This document shows, in pieces, positions 49,899 through 58,582 of a stretch of 64,000 nt of DNA (positions are counted from its first letter, which is position 1; each line of letters opens with the position of its first letter). The position numbers and the translations under genes are program-made. The stretch covers positions 18,151 to 82,150 of the forward strand of contig MFQC01000003.1 of NCBI GenBank assembly GCA_001784285.1. The letters run 5' to 3'. The notes beneath the pieces were generated by a model that had not been told where the DNA came from, searched no databases, and saw only the letters and a program-made list of their open reading frames with translations. Source of the DNA: Candidatus Magasanikbacteria bacterium RIFCSPHIGHO2_02_FULL_48_18. Its GTDB lineage: Bacteria; Patescibacteriota; Patescibacteriia; Magasanikbacterales; UBA922.

Positions 49899-51395
49899 AT
49901 GCAAGGGGGGATATGGCAGTCGCCGTCAAAACGTTTTTTTCTTTTTTGTTCGTGCTTTCTTTTCGGCATTTCCAGCGCGTCCGTATTTGATAAACAAGGT
50001 ATCTCCTCTTTTGATATCTTGTTTTTTTTCGCGTGTCTCTCTTGTCTCATATTTTTCAGGAGACACTCTGTGGGGCGTCGAGCTTGTTTTTGCCTTTTGT
50101 TTTTTTGGTCTGGGGTCTTGCGTTTTTTTTTGGGATTTCCGCACATGTCGCCTTCATTTATTTCCTTTTACAACAATGAGCGTGTTACGCTTACCGGCGT
50201 TATACTCATGAACGCGGATGTGCGGCAAGATGGCGTTCGGTATAGGATCGCGGCAGAGACAATACAAAGGGATGACGGAAAGGACAAATCAGTACACGGA
50301 AATATTTTTGTTAAAACATTTTTATATCCGCGATATTTCTATGGGGACACGGTTCGTATTCAATGTGAACTGAAAGCGCCGGAGCCGATTGAGGATTTTC
50401 GGTACGACCGGTATTTGGCGCGATATCGCGTTTGGAGCATTTGCGTCAACCCATCTCTTGAACGTATAGAGGAAAGACACCGTTTTTCGCTTCTTTCGGT
50501 GATTGAATCGCTCAAGAATGTTGTTGCGGAAACCATACAAAAATTATGGCACGAGCCGTATGCAAGTTTTATGGCCGGCCTTTTGTATGGCTATCGCGGG
50601 GGATTGGGAGATCTGGATGTATTATTTCAAAAAACCGGCGTGTCACACATTGTGGCTGTTTCCGGCTATAACATTAGCATTGTTGCGTCTGTCCTTATGT
50701 CTGCCGCAGGGACTATTGGCATTTCTCGAAAAAAGTCGTTTTGGTTTGTTTTAAACGGTATTGTTTTTTTTGTTCTGTTTACCGGCGCGAGTCCTTCGGT
50801 GGTTCGAGCAGGCATTATGGGCGGTTTTGTGTTGCTTGGAAAATATCTGGGCCGCATGAGTCGTGTTGGGAATGCCATTCTTTTTGCCGCGGTTGTTATG
50901 GGTCTTATGAATCCCTTTATGTTGGTGTGGGATATCGGATTTCAGCTCTCGTTTGTCTCCACGCTTGGCCTCGTCTATCTTTCTCCTGTTTGCACTCGAT
51001 GGTTTCATCGATGCCCTGCGCGGTTTGGCCTTCAGGAGACGTTGGTGTCGACCGCGTCCGCCATACTCGCAACGCTTCCGCTTTCACTCTATTATTTTGG
51101 CCGAGTTTCGCTCGTTGCGCTCATGGTCAATATGCTTATTCTTTGGAGTATTCCTTGGATTATGTTTGGCGGATTTCTCTCTTTCTCTTTCTTTTTTTTG
51201 TTCAAACCGCTCGGTTTCTTTTTTGCGGCCATGTCGTGGCTGGGCATGGCATATATTTTATTCACCGTGCAGTGGTTTGCATCCTTGTCATTTTCATCGG
51301 TTGAGTGGAAAGTTTCTTTTTTGACGATGTTCGGTTTTTATGTTGTGATCGCAGGATTTATTCTGTTGCGGGGACGCGTATATAAGGCAAAATAA
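49899..51395 (+). CDS. comEC: ComEC/Rec2 competence protein (OB + competence membrane domains)
   Basis: GVSHIVAVSGYN, SPSVVRAGIM, DIGFQLSF. Confidence 0.92.
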   Translation: MQGGIWQSPSKRFFLFCSCFLFGISSASVFDKQGISSFDILFFFACLSCLIFFRRHSVGRRACFCLLFFWSGVLRFFLGFPHMSPSFISFYNNERVTLTGVILMNADVRQDGVRYRIAAETIQRDDGKDKSVHGNIFVKTFLYPRYFYGDTVRIQCELKAPEPIEDFRYDRYLARYRVWSICVNPSLERIEERHRFSLLSVIESLKNVVAETIQKLWHEPYASFMAGLLYGYRGGLGDLDVLFQKTGVSHIVAVSGYNISIVASVLMSAAGTIGISRKKSFWFVLNGIVFFVLFTGASPSVVRAGIMGGFVLLGKYLGRMSRVGNAILFAAVVMGLMNPFMLVWDIGFQLSFVSTLGLVYLSPVCTRWFHRCPARFGLQETLVSTASAILATLPLSLYYFGRVSLVALMVNMLILWSIPWIMFGGFLSFSFFFLFKPLGFFFAAMSWLGMAYILFTVQWFASLSFSSVEWKVSFLTMFGFYVVIAGFILLRGRVYKAK

Positions 51396-51402
51396 AAAAA
51401 TT

Positions 51403-52299
51403 ATGAAAAAATTTTTCTTTTTTTCTTTAGTCATCATTTTGTTGTCCGCCGGAGTGACTGGATATTGGCATATTTCACACAGGACAGAACAAAAGCATAG
51501 CACCACTATCACTTTTTTGGATATTGGCCAGGGAGATGCAACATTTATCGAATTTTCGGACGGCCAGCAGATGTTGGTGGATTGCGCGATTGACGCGCGT
51601 ATTTTGGAAGCGCTCGGGCGTGTGATGCCTTTTTATGATTTTACGCTCGATTATCTTGTTATTACGCATCCGGATCTTGATCACTATGGAGGATGCGTTG
51701 ATGTGCTTAAAAAATTACACGTGAGGCATATTGTGTATTCCGGTCTTCGAGAAGAAGATTCTGGTTATTGGAATGAATTCTGGTTCGCAATCGAGAAGGA
51801 GAAAGCCATGTATCACCAAATGGAAGAACAACAAGAATGGATGGTTGGAGACGCCACGCTTCATTTTTTATATCCGGACCATTCCATTCCGGATAACCCG
51901 CATATTCCAGGCCATGCCGGCGCTATGGATAAAAATAATACGTCGATTGTTTTTGTGGTTGATGCGTATGGCATTCGGACCATGTTGACGGGAGATATGG
52001 AAGAACCTTTGGAAAAATACCTTATTGAAACGGCGTCCGCCTATCTTGCCGCTCATATTCTGAAAGCAGGGCACCATGGCAGTGGCTCCTCATCAAGCCA
52101 ATCATTTTTGAATTTGGTTCAGCCGGAAGAAACGGTCATTTCCGCGGGAGAGAATAATCCCTTTCATCATCCCAATGAAAGAGTTTTGCGGCGGCTCAAA
52201 CGCATGGACGCAAGAATATGGCGGACCGATCGCCAAGGTGATATACTACTCACCATAGAGAAAGGAGGAATGTATGTTCTCTCAGCAAAAAAGAGGTAG
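51403..52299 (+). CDS. ComEC-type metallo-beta-lactamase domain protein
   Basis: FLDIGQGDA, THPDLDHYGG, NNTS, TGD, GHHGS, RTD. Confidence 0.9.
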   Translation: MKKFFFFSLVIILLSAGVTGYWHISHRTEQKHSTTITFLDIGQGDATFIEFSDGQQMLVDCAIDARILEALGRVMPFYDFTLDYLVITHPDLDHYGGCVDVLKKLHVRHIVYSGLREEDSGYWNEFWFAIEKEKAMYHQMEEQQEWMVGDATLHFLYPDHSIPDNPHIPGHAGAMDKNNTSIVFVVDAYGIRTMLTGDMEEPLEKYLIETASAYLAAHILKAGHHGSGSSSSQSFLNLVQPEETVISAGENNPFHHPNERVLRRLKRMDARIWRTDRQGDILLTIEKGGMYVLSAKKR

Positions 52300-52325
52300 A
52301 TTTTTGTTATTAGGCATAGACGATT

Positions 52326-53768
52326 GTGAAGATTGGCCGACAAAAAATAATATATGCAGTCTCTGTGGCAAGCAGTCTTCTCTCGTCCTTTTTTATTTTT
52401 TTGTTTCCCGTCTCCACGGCATTTGAATTTATAAAAAATGACAGCATTTGGTTGTCAAACGCCAATGCGTTTGCCGGGGACGAAGTAAAAATTTACACGG
52501 TCGTCGTTAATAACGATTTTCCTTTTGTTTCATCGGATATTCAATTTTTCAACAATGGATCTCTCATTGGAACGGCTGTGATTGACAATCTTTCATTTGA
52601 ATCTGCCGAGCAGGTGTGGATTGCCCATACGCTATTGAAAGGCGAAAATGTTTTTACGATTCGGCTGGCCAATTTTGTGGCAAAGAATGCGGACGGCAGC
52701 GTGGTTCCTCTTTCCGATGCAAACACGACAGGGTACGAGGTCTCAAAAACATTTACCATTGATCTTGATACGGATCATGACGATGTGGGAGATGCGGAAG
52801 ACCTCGATGACGATAACGACGGGCTTTCTGACGAGGAAGAGGCAGGGTTTGGGACCAATCCTTTGCTGGCGGATACCGATGGCGATGGCGTAGGAGATAA
52901 GGAAGAAATTCAAAAAGGATTGGATCCGAACAAGAAAGACAGCGATGGAGATGGATATTTGGACGGCGCTGACGATTTTCCCCAAGATTCGGGAGAATGG
53001 GAAGACACCGACAACGATGGCATTGGCAATAATGCGGATCCCGATGACGATAATGATGGACTTTCCGACCAAGAAGAAGGGGATATCGGCTCAAACCCTC
53101 TTATTCTTGACACCGATGGCGACGGCTTGCCTGATGGGAAAGAAAAAGAATATGGTAGCGATCCCACAAAGGTTGACACCGATCAGGACGGCATTTCCGA
53201 CAATGACGAGGTGAGTCAAGGACTGAACCCCGGAAAAAATGACACCGATGGCGACGGTATTACGGATCAGGATGAAACAAAAAAAGGCACCAATCCTTCT
53301 GTTTCGGATAGCGATGGCGACAGTCTTTCGGATGGGCAGGAAGTGAGCGCGGGCACGAATCCATTACAGACCGATACCGATCTCGATGGGTATCCCGATA
53401 ATGAAGATCCATTCCCGCTCGACCAGCATGAATTTCTCGATACCGATGAGGACAGCATTGGAAATACTGCGGATTTGGACGATGATAACGACGGCCTGCC
53501 GGATGAAGAAGAGTTGTCTCTTGGTACGAACGTCCTTCATCCCGACACCGATCAGGACAGCATTTCCGACAAGGAAGAAACAGCAAAAGGAACCAGTCCC
53601 ACCAATCCCGATTCTGACGGCGATGAACGGCTCGATGGAAATGATGATGAGCCGCTCATTCCGCAATCGCAAACGCGGGAGTTTTTTCTTTGGTTTGGGG
53701 TGGGTGCATCATTTATTCTTTTTTTGCTTTTCTCTGCGGTCTATGCGTATAAATCGGAAAAACAGTAA
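52326..53768 (+). CDS. Membrane-anchored surface protein with Ig-like domain and many DxDxDG (TSP3-like, Ca-binding) repeats
   Basis: Signal peptide, beta-rich N-domain, repeated D[TS]DxDGLxDxxE..GT[ND]P units, C-terminal TM. Confidence 0.88.
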   Translation: MKIGRQKIIYAVSVASSLLSSFFIFLFPVSTAFEFIKNDSIWLSNANAFAGDEVKIYTVVVNNDFPFVSSDIQFFNNGSLIGTAVIDNLSFESAEQVWIAHTLLKGENVFTIRLANFVAKNADGSVVPLSDANTTGYEVSKTFTIDLDTDHDDVGDAEDLDDDNDGLSDEEEAGFGTNPLLADTDGDGVGDKEEIQKGLDPNKKDSDGDGYLDGADDFPQDSGEWEDTDNDGIGNNADPDDDNDGLSDQEEGDIGSNPLILDTDGDGLPDGKEKEYGSDPTKVDTDQDGISDNDEVSQGLNPGKNDTDGDGITDQDETKKGTNPSVSDSDGDSLSDGQEVSAGTNPLQTDTDLDGYPDNEDPFPLDQHEFLDTDEDSIGNTADLDDDNDGLPDEEELSLGTNVLHPDTDQDSISDKEETAKGTSPTNPDSDGDERLDGNDDEPLIPQSQTREFFLWFGVGASFILFLLFSAVYAYKSEKQ

Positions 53769-54570
53769 AAAAGAAAAAAAGAAAAAGGAAGAACAAACAA
53801 ATTTTTGCTGGATTTTTGGTTTCTGTTTTTTAATTTTTGTTCCTTTTTTTGTCGTACCGGTCTATGCCGCTCCGGACAGCGATCAGGATGGATTGCTGGA
53901 TGAAGAAGAACGTGTCTGGTATACCGATCCTGAAAACAGCGACACTGATAATGACGGGTATTCCGATGGGTTGGAAATTGAGCAAGGCTATTCTCCTCAC
54001 AGCGGAAATGGGCTTCGTCTTGAACAGTCGGATTTTGACAACGACGGATTGCACGACGCCGCGGAACGCGCATTTGGCACTAACATGGGAGATGCGGACT
54101 CGGATGACGATGGGTATAATGATTTTGAAGAAATTTTGTATGGGTATGATCCTCTCGACCGAGAGCCAATAAAAAAATGGAATAAAAAAATCGTGATTGA
54201 TCTTTCACGACAGCAATTATTTGTCGTTGTGAATGCGATTTCCGTATTGCAATTTCCGGTTTCCACGGGGAATCCATATACGCCGACACCGCCAGGCAAT
54301 TTTTCGATTGAGCGAAAAGTTGATACGATGCTGTACCAAGGCCTGGATTATTATTACCCCGGGGTAAAATGGAATCTTCAGTTTAAGCCGCGTTATTATA
54401 TCCATACGGCATATTGGCATAATGATTTTGGAAAACGAACGCGCTCTCATGGGTGTGTCAATATGAGAGAGGCCGATGTCGCTGTGCTCTACCGGCATAT
54501 TGACGTCGGCACCCCTGTGGAAATTATCGGGAAGACGCCGCCAAAAAGATACGTTGTCGAAACAGAATAG
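53743..54570 (+). CDS. L,D-transpeptidase (YkuD family) with N-terminal DxDxDG repeats
   Basis: Signal-like segment, DSDQDG/DTDNDG repeats, VSTG..TPPGNF, IHTAYWH..SHGCVN; start reassigned to ATG at 53743. Confidence 0.88.
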   Translation: MRINRKNSKKEKKKKEEQTNFCWIFGFCFLIFVPFFVVPVYAAPDSDQDGLLDEEERVWYTDPENSDTDNDGYSDGLEIEQGYSPHSGNGLRLEQSDFDNDGLHDAAERAFGTNMGDADSDDDGYNDFEEILYGYDPLDREPIKKWNKKIVIDLSRQQLFVVVNAISVLQFPVSTGNPYTPTPPGNFSIERKVDTMLYQGLDYYYPGVKWNLQFKPRYYIHTAYWHNDFGKRTRSHGCVNMREADVAVLYRHIDVGTPVEIIGKTPPKRYVVETE

Positions 54571-54604
54571 AACCTATCTCAAAAAGGAGGGCTGATATCC
54601 CAAT

Positions 54605-55444
54605 ATGCCCCTTTCGGAAATACAGACACAGAAGATTCAAGATGTTTTTTCCTGGTATAAAAAAAACAAGCGCGATTTGCCGTGGAGAAAAACACATGAT
54701 CCGTATCATATTTTGATCAGTGAACTTATGTTGCAACAAACACAGGTTGAACGAGTTATGCCAAAATATGAATTATTTCTTTCTCAATTTCCTACGGTTG
54801 CTCATCTTGCCGGCGCGCGCGCTTCAGACGTTATCAAAGCATGGAAAGGCCTGGGATATAACCGCCGAGCGCTTTATGCGCGCCAAACGGCGCAGATGGT
54901 ACGTACGCAAAACGGAGGCGTATTTCCTGAGACGCTTGAAGAACTAAAACGGTTTCCTGGGATAGGGGAGTATACGGCTCGCGCGCTTTTATCGTTTGCA
55001 TTTCTTCAGCCGCTCGCGCTCATTGATACGAATCACCGCACATTCTACCGGAAAATGTTTTCATTAAAAAAAATAGTATCCGACAGCGTTCTCCTCACAA
55101 AGGCCGAGGATGTTATTCAATACATTGTGTATACCAAAGGAAAAAAGGCGGTGTATCACTGGAATCAGGCATTGATGGATTGGTCTTCCTTTTTTTATCA
55201 GCCCAAGAAAAGACAAAAACGGAAAGGGCGCGAATCCGAAAAGAACACGGAACGTTTCAGGGATTCGAACCGTTATTATCGGGGGCAAATTATTAATGCT
55301 TTGAGAGAATACGAGAGTATATCCATAAAAAAAGCGTATGGTATCATGGCAGATATTGAGCCAATAAGAGCAAAGAAGATTATTGAGAAACTCAAGTCTG
55401 ATGGCTTGATTTTTCAACAAAAGGGCCGTATACTTCTTCCATAA
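54605..55444 (+). CDS. mutY: A/G-specific adenine glycosylase (MutY-like, HhH-GPD), without the Fe-S cysteines
   Basis: RDLPWR, SELMLQQTQV, WKGLGYNRRA, PGIGEYTA, DTN, NQALMD. Confidence 0.88.
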   Translation: MPLSEIQTQKIQDVFSWYKKNKRDLPWRKTHDPYHILISELMLQQTQVERVMPKYELFLSQFPTVAHLAGARASDVIKAWKGLGYNRRALYARQTAQMVRTQNGGVFPETLEELKRFPGIGEYTARALLSFAFLQPLALIDTNHRTFYRKMFSLKKIVSDSVLLTKAEDVIQYIVYTKGKKAVYHWNQALMDWSSFFYQPKKRQKRKGRESEKNTERFRDSNRYYRGQIINALREYESISIKKAYGIMADIEPIRAKKIIEKLKSDGLIFQQKGRILLP

Positions 55445-55475
55445 ACAACAAAGAATTTTTCTTTTCATTTTTTAT

Positions 55476-55817
55476 ATGCGTCTTCTCATTCGGTGGGTCC
55501 TTAACGCCGCAACACTTTTGGCGCTTGCATTTTATTTGCCGGGCATCGAGGTGTCCGGCTGGTATGCCGCCCTCATCACAGCCCTTGTGTTGGGCCTTGT
55601 CAATGCCATTATTCGGCCCATTATTCTCCTGTTGACTTTGCCGATTACCGTTCTCACGCTTGGTCTTTTTACGCTGGTTATCAATGCTGTTCTTTTTTGG
55701 TTTGTTGGCACGGTCGTGGAAGGTTTTTCGGTCGCGGGATTTTGGCCGGCATTTTGGGGCGCTTTGATTATGAGTGTCGTGAGCTGGATTGTCGGTCTTG
55801 TGTTTAAGAAAAAATAA
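55476..55817 (+). CDS. YvlD/DUF360 (phage holin 4_2 family) membrane protein
   Basis: LGLVNAIIRP..LTLP..LTLGLF..INA. Confidence 0.88.
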   Translation: MRLLIRWVLNAATLLALAFYLPGIEVSGWYAALITALVLGLVNAIIRPIILLLTLPITVLTLGLFTLVINAVLFWFVGTVVEGFSVAGFWPAFWGALIMSVVSWIVGLVFKKK

Positions 55818-55822
55818 CCGGT

Positions 55823-56515
55823 ATGAACGCACCGTGGAAAATTATTTCGGTTGGCGGATCAATTGTTATCCCGAAAACCGGCTTTGATGTTCGTTTTTTG
55901 AAACAGTTTGTTCGTTTGATTGAAAATCATATTACACGGGGCAACAGGCTCATTTTGGTTGTCGGCGGCGGATGGACTTGCCGGCAATACCAAGATGCCG
56001 CAAAAAAGGTTGCCTTATTGGGTCATGATGATCTTGATTGGATCGGCATTGCTTCGACCGTTTTGAACGCGAAATTTTTGCAATTGTTGTTAAAGCAATA
56101 CGCGGATCCGCGTATTATTCAAAAACCAAAGAAAAAAATTATCACGTCGTATCCGGTGTTTATTGGGGCTGGTTTTGAACCGGGACATTCCACTGATATG
56201 GACGCTGTGCTTCTTGCAAAGACATATGGAGCAAAAGAAATTATCAATCTCTCAAACATTGATTATGTCTATGATAAGGATCCAAAAAAATATAAAAACG
56301 CAAAAAAAATAGAACATATTGATTGGAAAACATTTCGGGAAGATATTGTCGGCAACGAGTGGCGCCCGGGAAAAAATGCTCCGTTTGATCCCATTGCCTC
56401 GCAAGCCGCTGAAAAAATTGGGCTTACCGTTCGCATTCTTCGCGGCACCAATCTCAAACAACTCAAGAATGTTTTGGGCGGGGAACAATTTTTGGGCACA
56501 GAAATTCATCCCTAG
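55823..56515 (+). CDS. pyrH: UMP kinase, archaeal type
   Basis: SVGGS, VGGG..RQY, PGHSTD, YDKDP, PFDPIA. Confidence 0.9.
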   Translation: MNAPWKIISVGGSIVIPKTGFDVRFLKQFVRLIENHITRGNRLILVVGGGWTCRQYQDAAKKVALLGHDDLDWIGIASTVLNAKFLQLLLKQYADPRIIQKPKKKIITSYPVFIGAGFEPGHSTDMDAVLLAKTYGAKEIINLSNIDYVYDKDPKKYKNAKKIEHIDWKTFREDIVGNEWRPGKNAPFDPIASQAAEKIGLTVRILRGTNLKQLKNVLGGEQFLGTEIHP

Positions 56516-56529
56516 CATTCGATTTTTTT

Positions 56530-57630
56530 ATGGAAGAACAAGATTGCATTATTTATTCAAATACAAAAAATGCCTGGGAAGGCATGTTTCAGGCACTGCA
56601 AGGAGCAAAAATTTCTATTTATTGGGAGCTCTATATTTTTGTCGACGATCACGCGGGAGTTCGTTTTTTTGATCTCCTCGAACAAAAATCTCGTGGTGGG
56701 GTGTGCGTGAAGTTGATTGTCGATTCTTTTGGAAGTTTTTGGCTTTCTCAAAAGCGGATCCAGTCTCTTCGCGCAAGCGGCGTTGATATCCGTTTTTTTT
56801 CTCCGCGAAGAAAAATATACCGAGGAATACGGCAATTGTTTACTCGGACGCATCGGAAAATACTCGTAGTCGATGAGCGGATCGGATTTATTGGAGGAGT
56901 AAATATACAAAAATCAATGGAAGATTGGGACGACATGCATATCCGCATTATGGGCAAACCCGTTCGCTCTCTCCTTCGTTCATTCGCAAAATCCTATTTG
57001 CTGTGCGGCGGCAAAAGGAGAATGGTTCGCCATTTGCTCGCGTATCGATTCCGAATAAAACAGCGGCAAAAAAGAGAAGCAGTCGAATTTATTTTTGATG
57101 TTGGAGGAGTCCCTTTTTCTCGCGCGAAAAAAAGATACACGGACGCCCTCCTCAAGGCTCGCGAACGGGTGATTCTTTTTTCTCCTTATTATTTTCCGGA
57201 TAAACAATTTTTACGAGCCCTGTGGAAGGCCAGGAAGAGGGGAGTGCGCGTCGATCTGCTTATTCCATTTCGAACCGACATCAAAATAGCAACATACGTC
57301 GCATATTCTTATTTTTCGTTTATGAAAAAAATAGGCGTCCGTGTTCACTTGTTACAGCACATGATGCATGGGAAAGGGGTTGTGGTGGATGATGAGTGGG
57401 CCATGATTGGCAGTAGCAATTTGGACACCCAAAGTTTTTTCCACAACTATGAAGCAAATATCAAAATTAGCGATAAACGCATTGTGCGAAACATAAAAAT
57501 GAAAGCGCTGAGCTGGCTTCACGGTTCTACCAATTTGGATAATCTCTATTGGGAAAACAGAGGAATAGCGCAACGGACAAAAGAGTTTATTGCGCTCTCG
57601 TTGTATCGAGTTTGGTTTGGAAGGAAATGA
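56530..57630 (+). CDS. Phospholipase D family, cardiolipin synthase-like (ClsB type)
   Basis: Two HKD motifs (HRKILVVD, HGKGVVVD), SPYY, GSSNLD. Confidence 0.88.
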   Translation: MEEQDCIIYSNTKNAWEGMFQALQGAKISIYWELYIFVDDHAGVRFFDLLEQKSRGGVCVKLIVDSFGSFWLSQKRIQSLRASGVDIRFFSPRRKIYRGIRQLFTRTHRKILVVDERIGFIGGVNIQKSMEDWDDMHIRIMGKPVRSLLRSFAKSYLLCGGKRRMVRHLLAYRFRIKQRQKREAVEFIFDVGGVPFSRAKKRYTDALLKARERVILFSPYYFPDKQFLRALWKARKRGVRVDLLIPFRTDIKIATYVAYSYFSFMKKIGVRVHLLQHMMHGKGVVVDDEWAMIGSSNLDTQSFFHNYEANIKISDKRIVRNIKMKALSWLHGSTNLDNLYWENRGIAQRTKEFIALSLYRVWFGRK

Positions 57631-57639
57631 TTTTTTACC

Positions 57640-58104
57640 TCAGGCGATCTCTTCAATGGTAATATGCCGCTTCCGCGGGGCTTCATGTGAAAACATGACT
57701 TTTTTTGTATGCATATTTTTTGTGAGAAGGGACTCTATTTTTTCCGGCCATTCCACCACACAAATCGTGTCAGGAGATCCAAGATATTCCTCTACTCCAA
57801 TATCGCGCAATTCGTTCGGTCCATGAATGCGGTAGGTATCTATATGGACAAGCTGTTTGATTTTTTTTGTCTTTGTCGGATACACTGCGCAAAGGGTGAA
57901 CGTGGGGCTGACGACGTCGGTGGAAACACCCAATTTTTTTGCTAAACCTTGCACAAATGTTGTTTTTCCAGCGCCAAGATCGCCAAAAAGAAGAAGAATA
58001 TCGCCACCGCATAATGTTGCGGCGACTTCTTCACCGAGGGATCTTGTCTTTTCCGGAGAATCTGTGTTATAGTAAACGATATTCTTTTTTTTCATTTGTT
58101 TCAT
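57640..58104 (-). CDS. tsaE: tRNA t6A biosynthesis ATPase
   Basis: GDLGAGKTT, SPTFTL, HIDTYR, VEWPE; start at 58104 or 58095. Confidence 0.95.
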   Translation of the reverse strand: MKQMKKKNIVYYNTDSPEKTRSLGEEVAATLCGGDILLLFGDLGAGKTTFVQGLAKKLGVSTDVVSPTFTLCAVYPTKTKKIKQLVHIDTYRIHGPNELRDIGVEEYLGSPDTICVVEWPEKIESLLTKNMHTKKVMFSHEAPRKRHITIEEIA

Positions 58105-58127
58105 ATTTTTTGATTGGGAGTCACTGT

Positions 58128-58535
58128 ATGCCAGAGACACACATCTACGAACCTATTGGGACAACAATAACCGATTTCGGCGATGGCAGAATAGAGCTGG
58201 TGTATGGGAGAACCGCGCAAACGCCGCAGGAAGTCCTTGAACAAGGGTTATGGCTCAAAGAGAAACTCCATGCCATTTTTCAAAAACGCAATAACGAAAA
58301 TTTCCAATACACCCTGTTGGCTGATTTGAGCAAATTGCATGCGATCAATCTGGATGAGGCGGCGCAGAAACTCTATAAAGAAATTATTGATCTGCCGACC
58401 ATTGGCAAGATTGCCATTGTCGGGGACGGATTCAGTCTGACGAGCATTATGCCGCTTCTTCTCTCGGTCGCCCAAAAAGAAAAAGTGAAATTTTTCTTTA
58501 AAATTATTGAAGCGAAAGATTGGCTGGGCTGGTGA
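58128..58535 (+). CDS. SpoIIAA/STAS-SEC14-like protein
   Basis: LLADLSKL, KIAIVG, KFF..EAKDWL pattern. Confidence 0.7.
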   Translation: MPETHIYEPIGTTITDFGDGRIELVYGRTAQTPQEVLEQGLWLKEKLHAIFQKRNNENFQYTLLADLSKLHAINLDEAAQKLYKEIIDLPTIGKIAIVGDGFSLTSIMPLLLSVAQKEKVKFFFKIIEAKDWLGW

Positions 58536-58554
58536 TTTTTTGAATACGCTCGGC

Positions 58555-58582
58555 AAGCATCTCATTATTGAGATGTTTTTTT
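58555..58582. terminator. Hairpin between convergent genes
   Basis: AAGCATCTCA-TTAT-TGAGATGTTT followed by a T run. Confidence 0.65.

Noticed and set aside
52760-54160. Repetitive GAC/GAT-rich DNA as a possible CRISPR array, and its many antisense ORFs
   Set aside because: The repeats are degenerate protein-level DxDxDG units with no identical direct repeats or spacers. No cas genes are present, and the antisense ORFs are shadows.
55476-55817. Phage holin annotation suggesting a prophage
   Set aside because: The YvlD/DUF360 family is a common chromosomal gene, and no phage genes or integrase are nearby.
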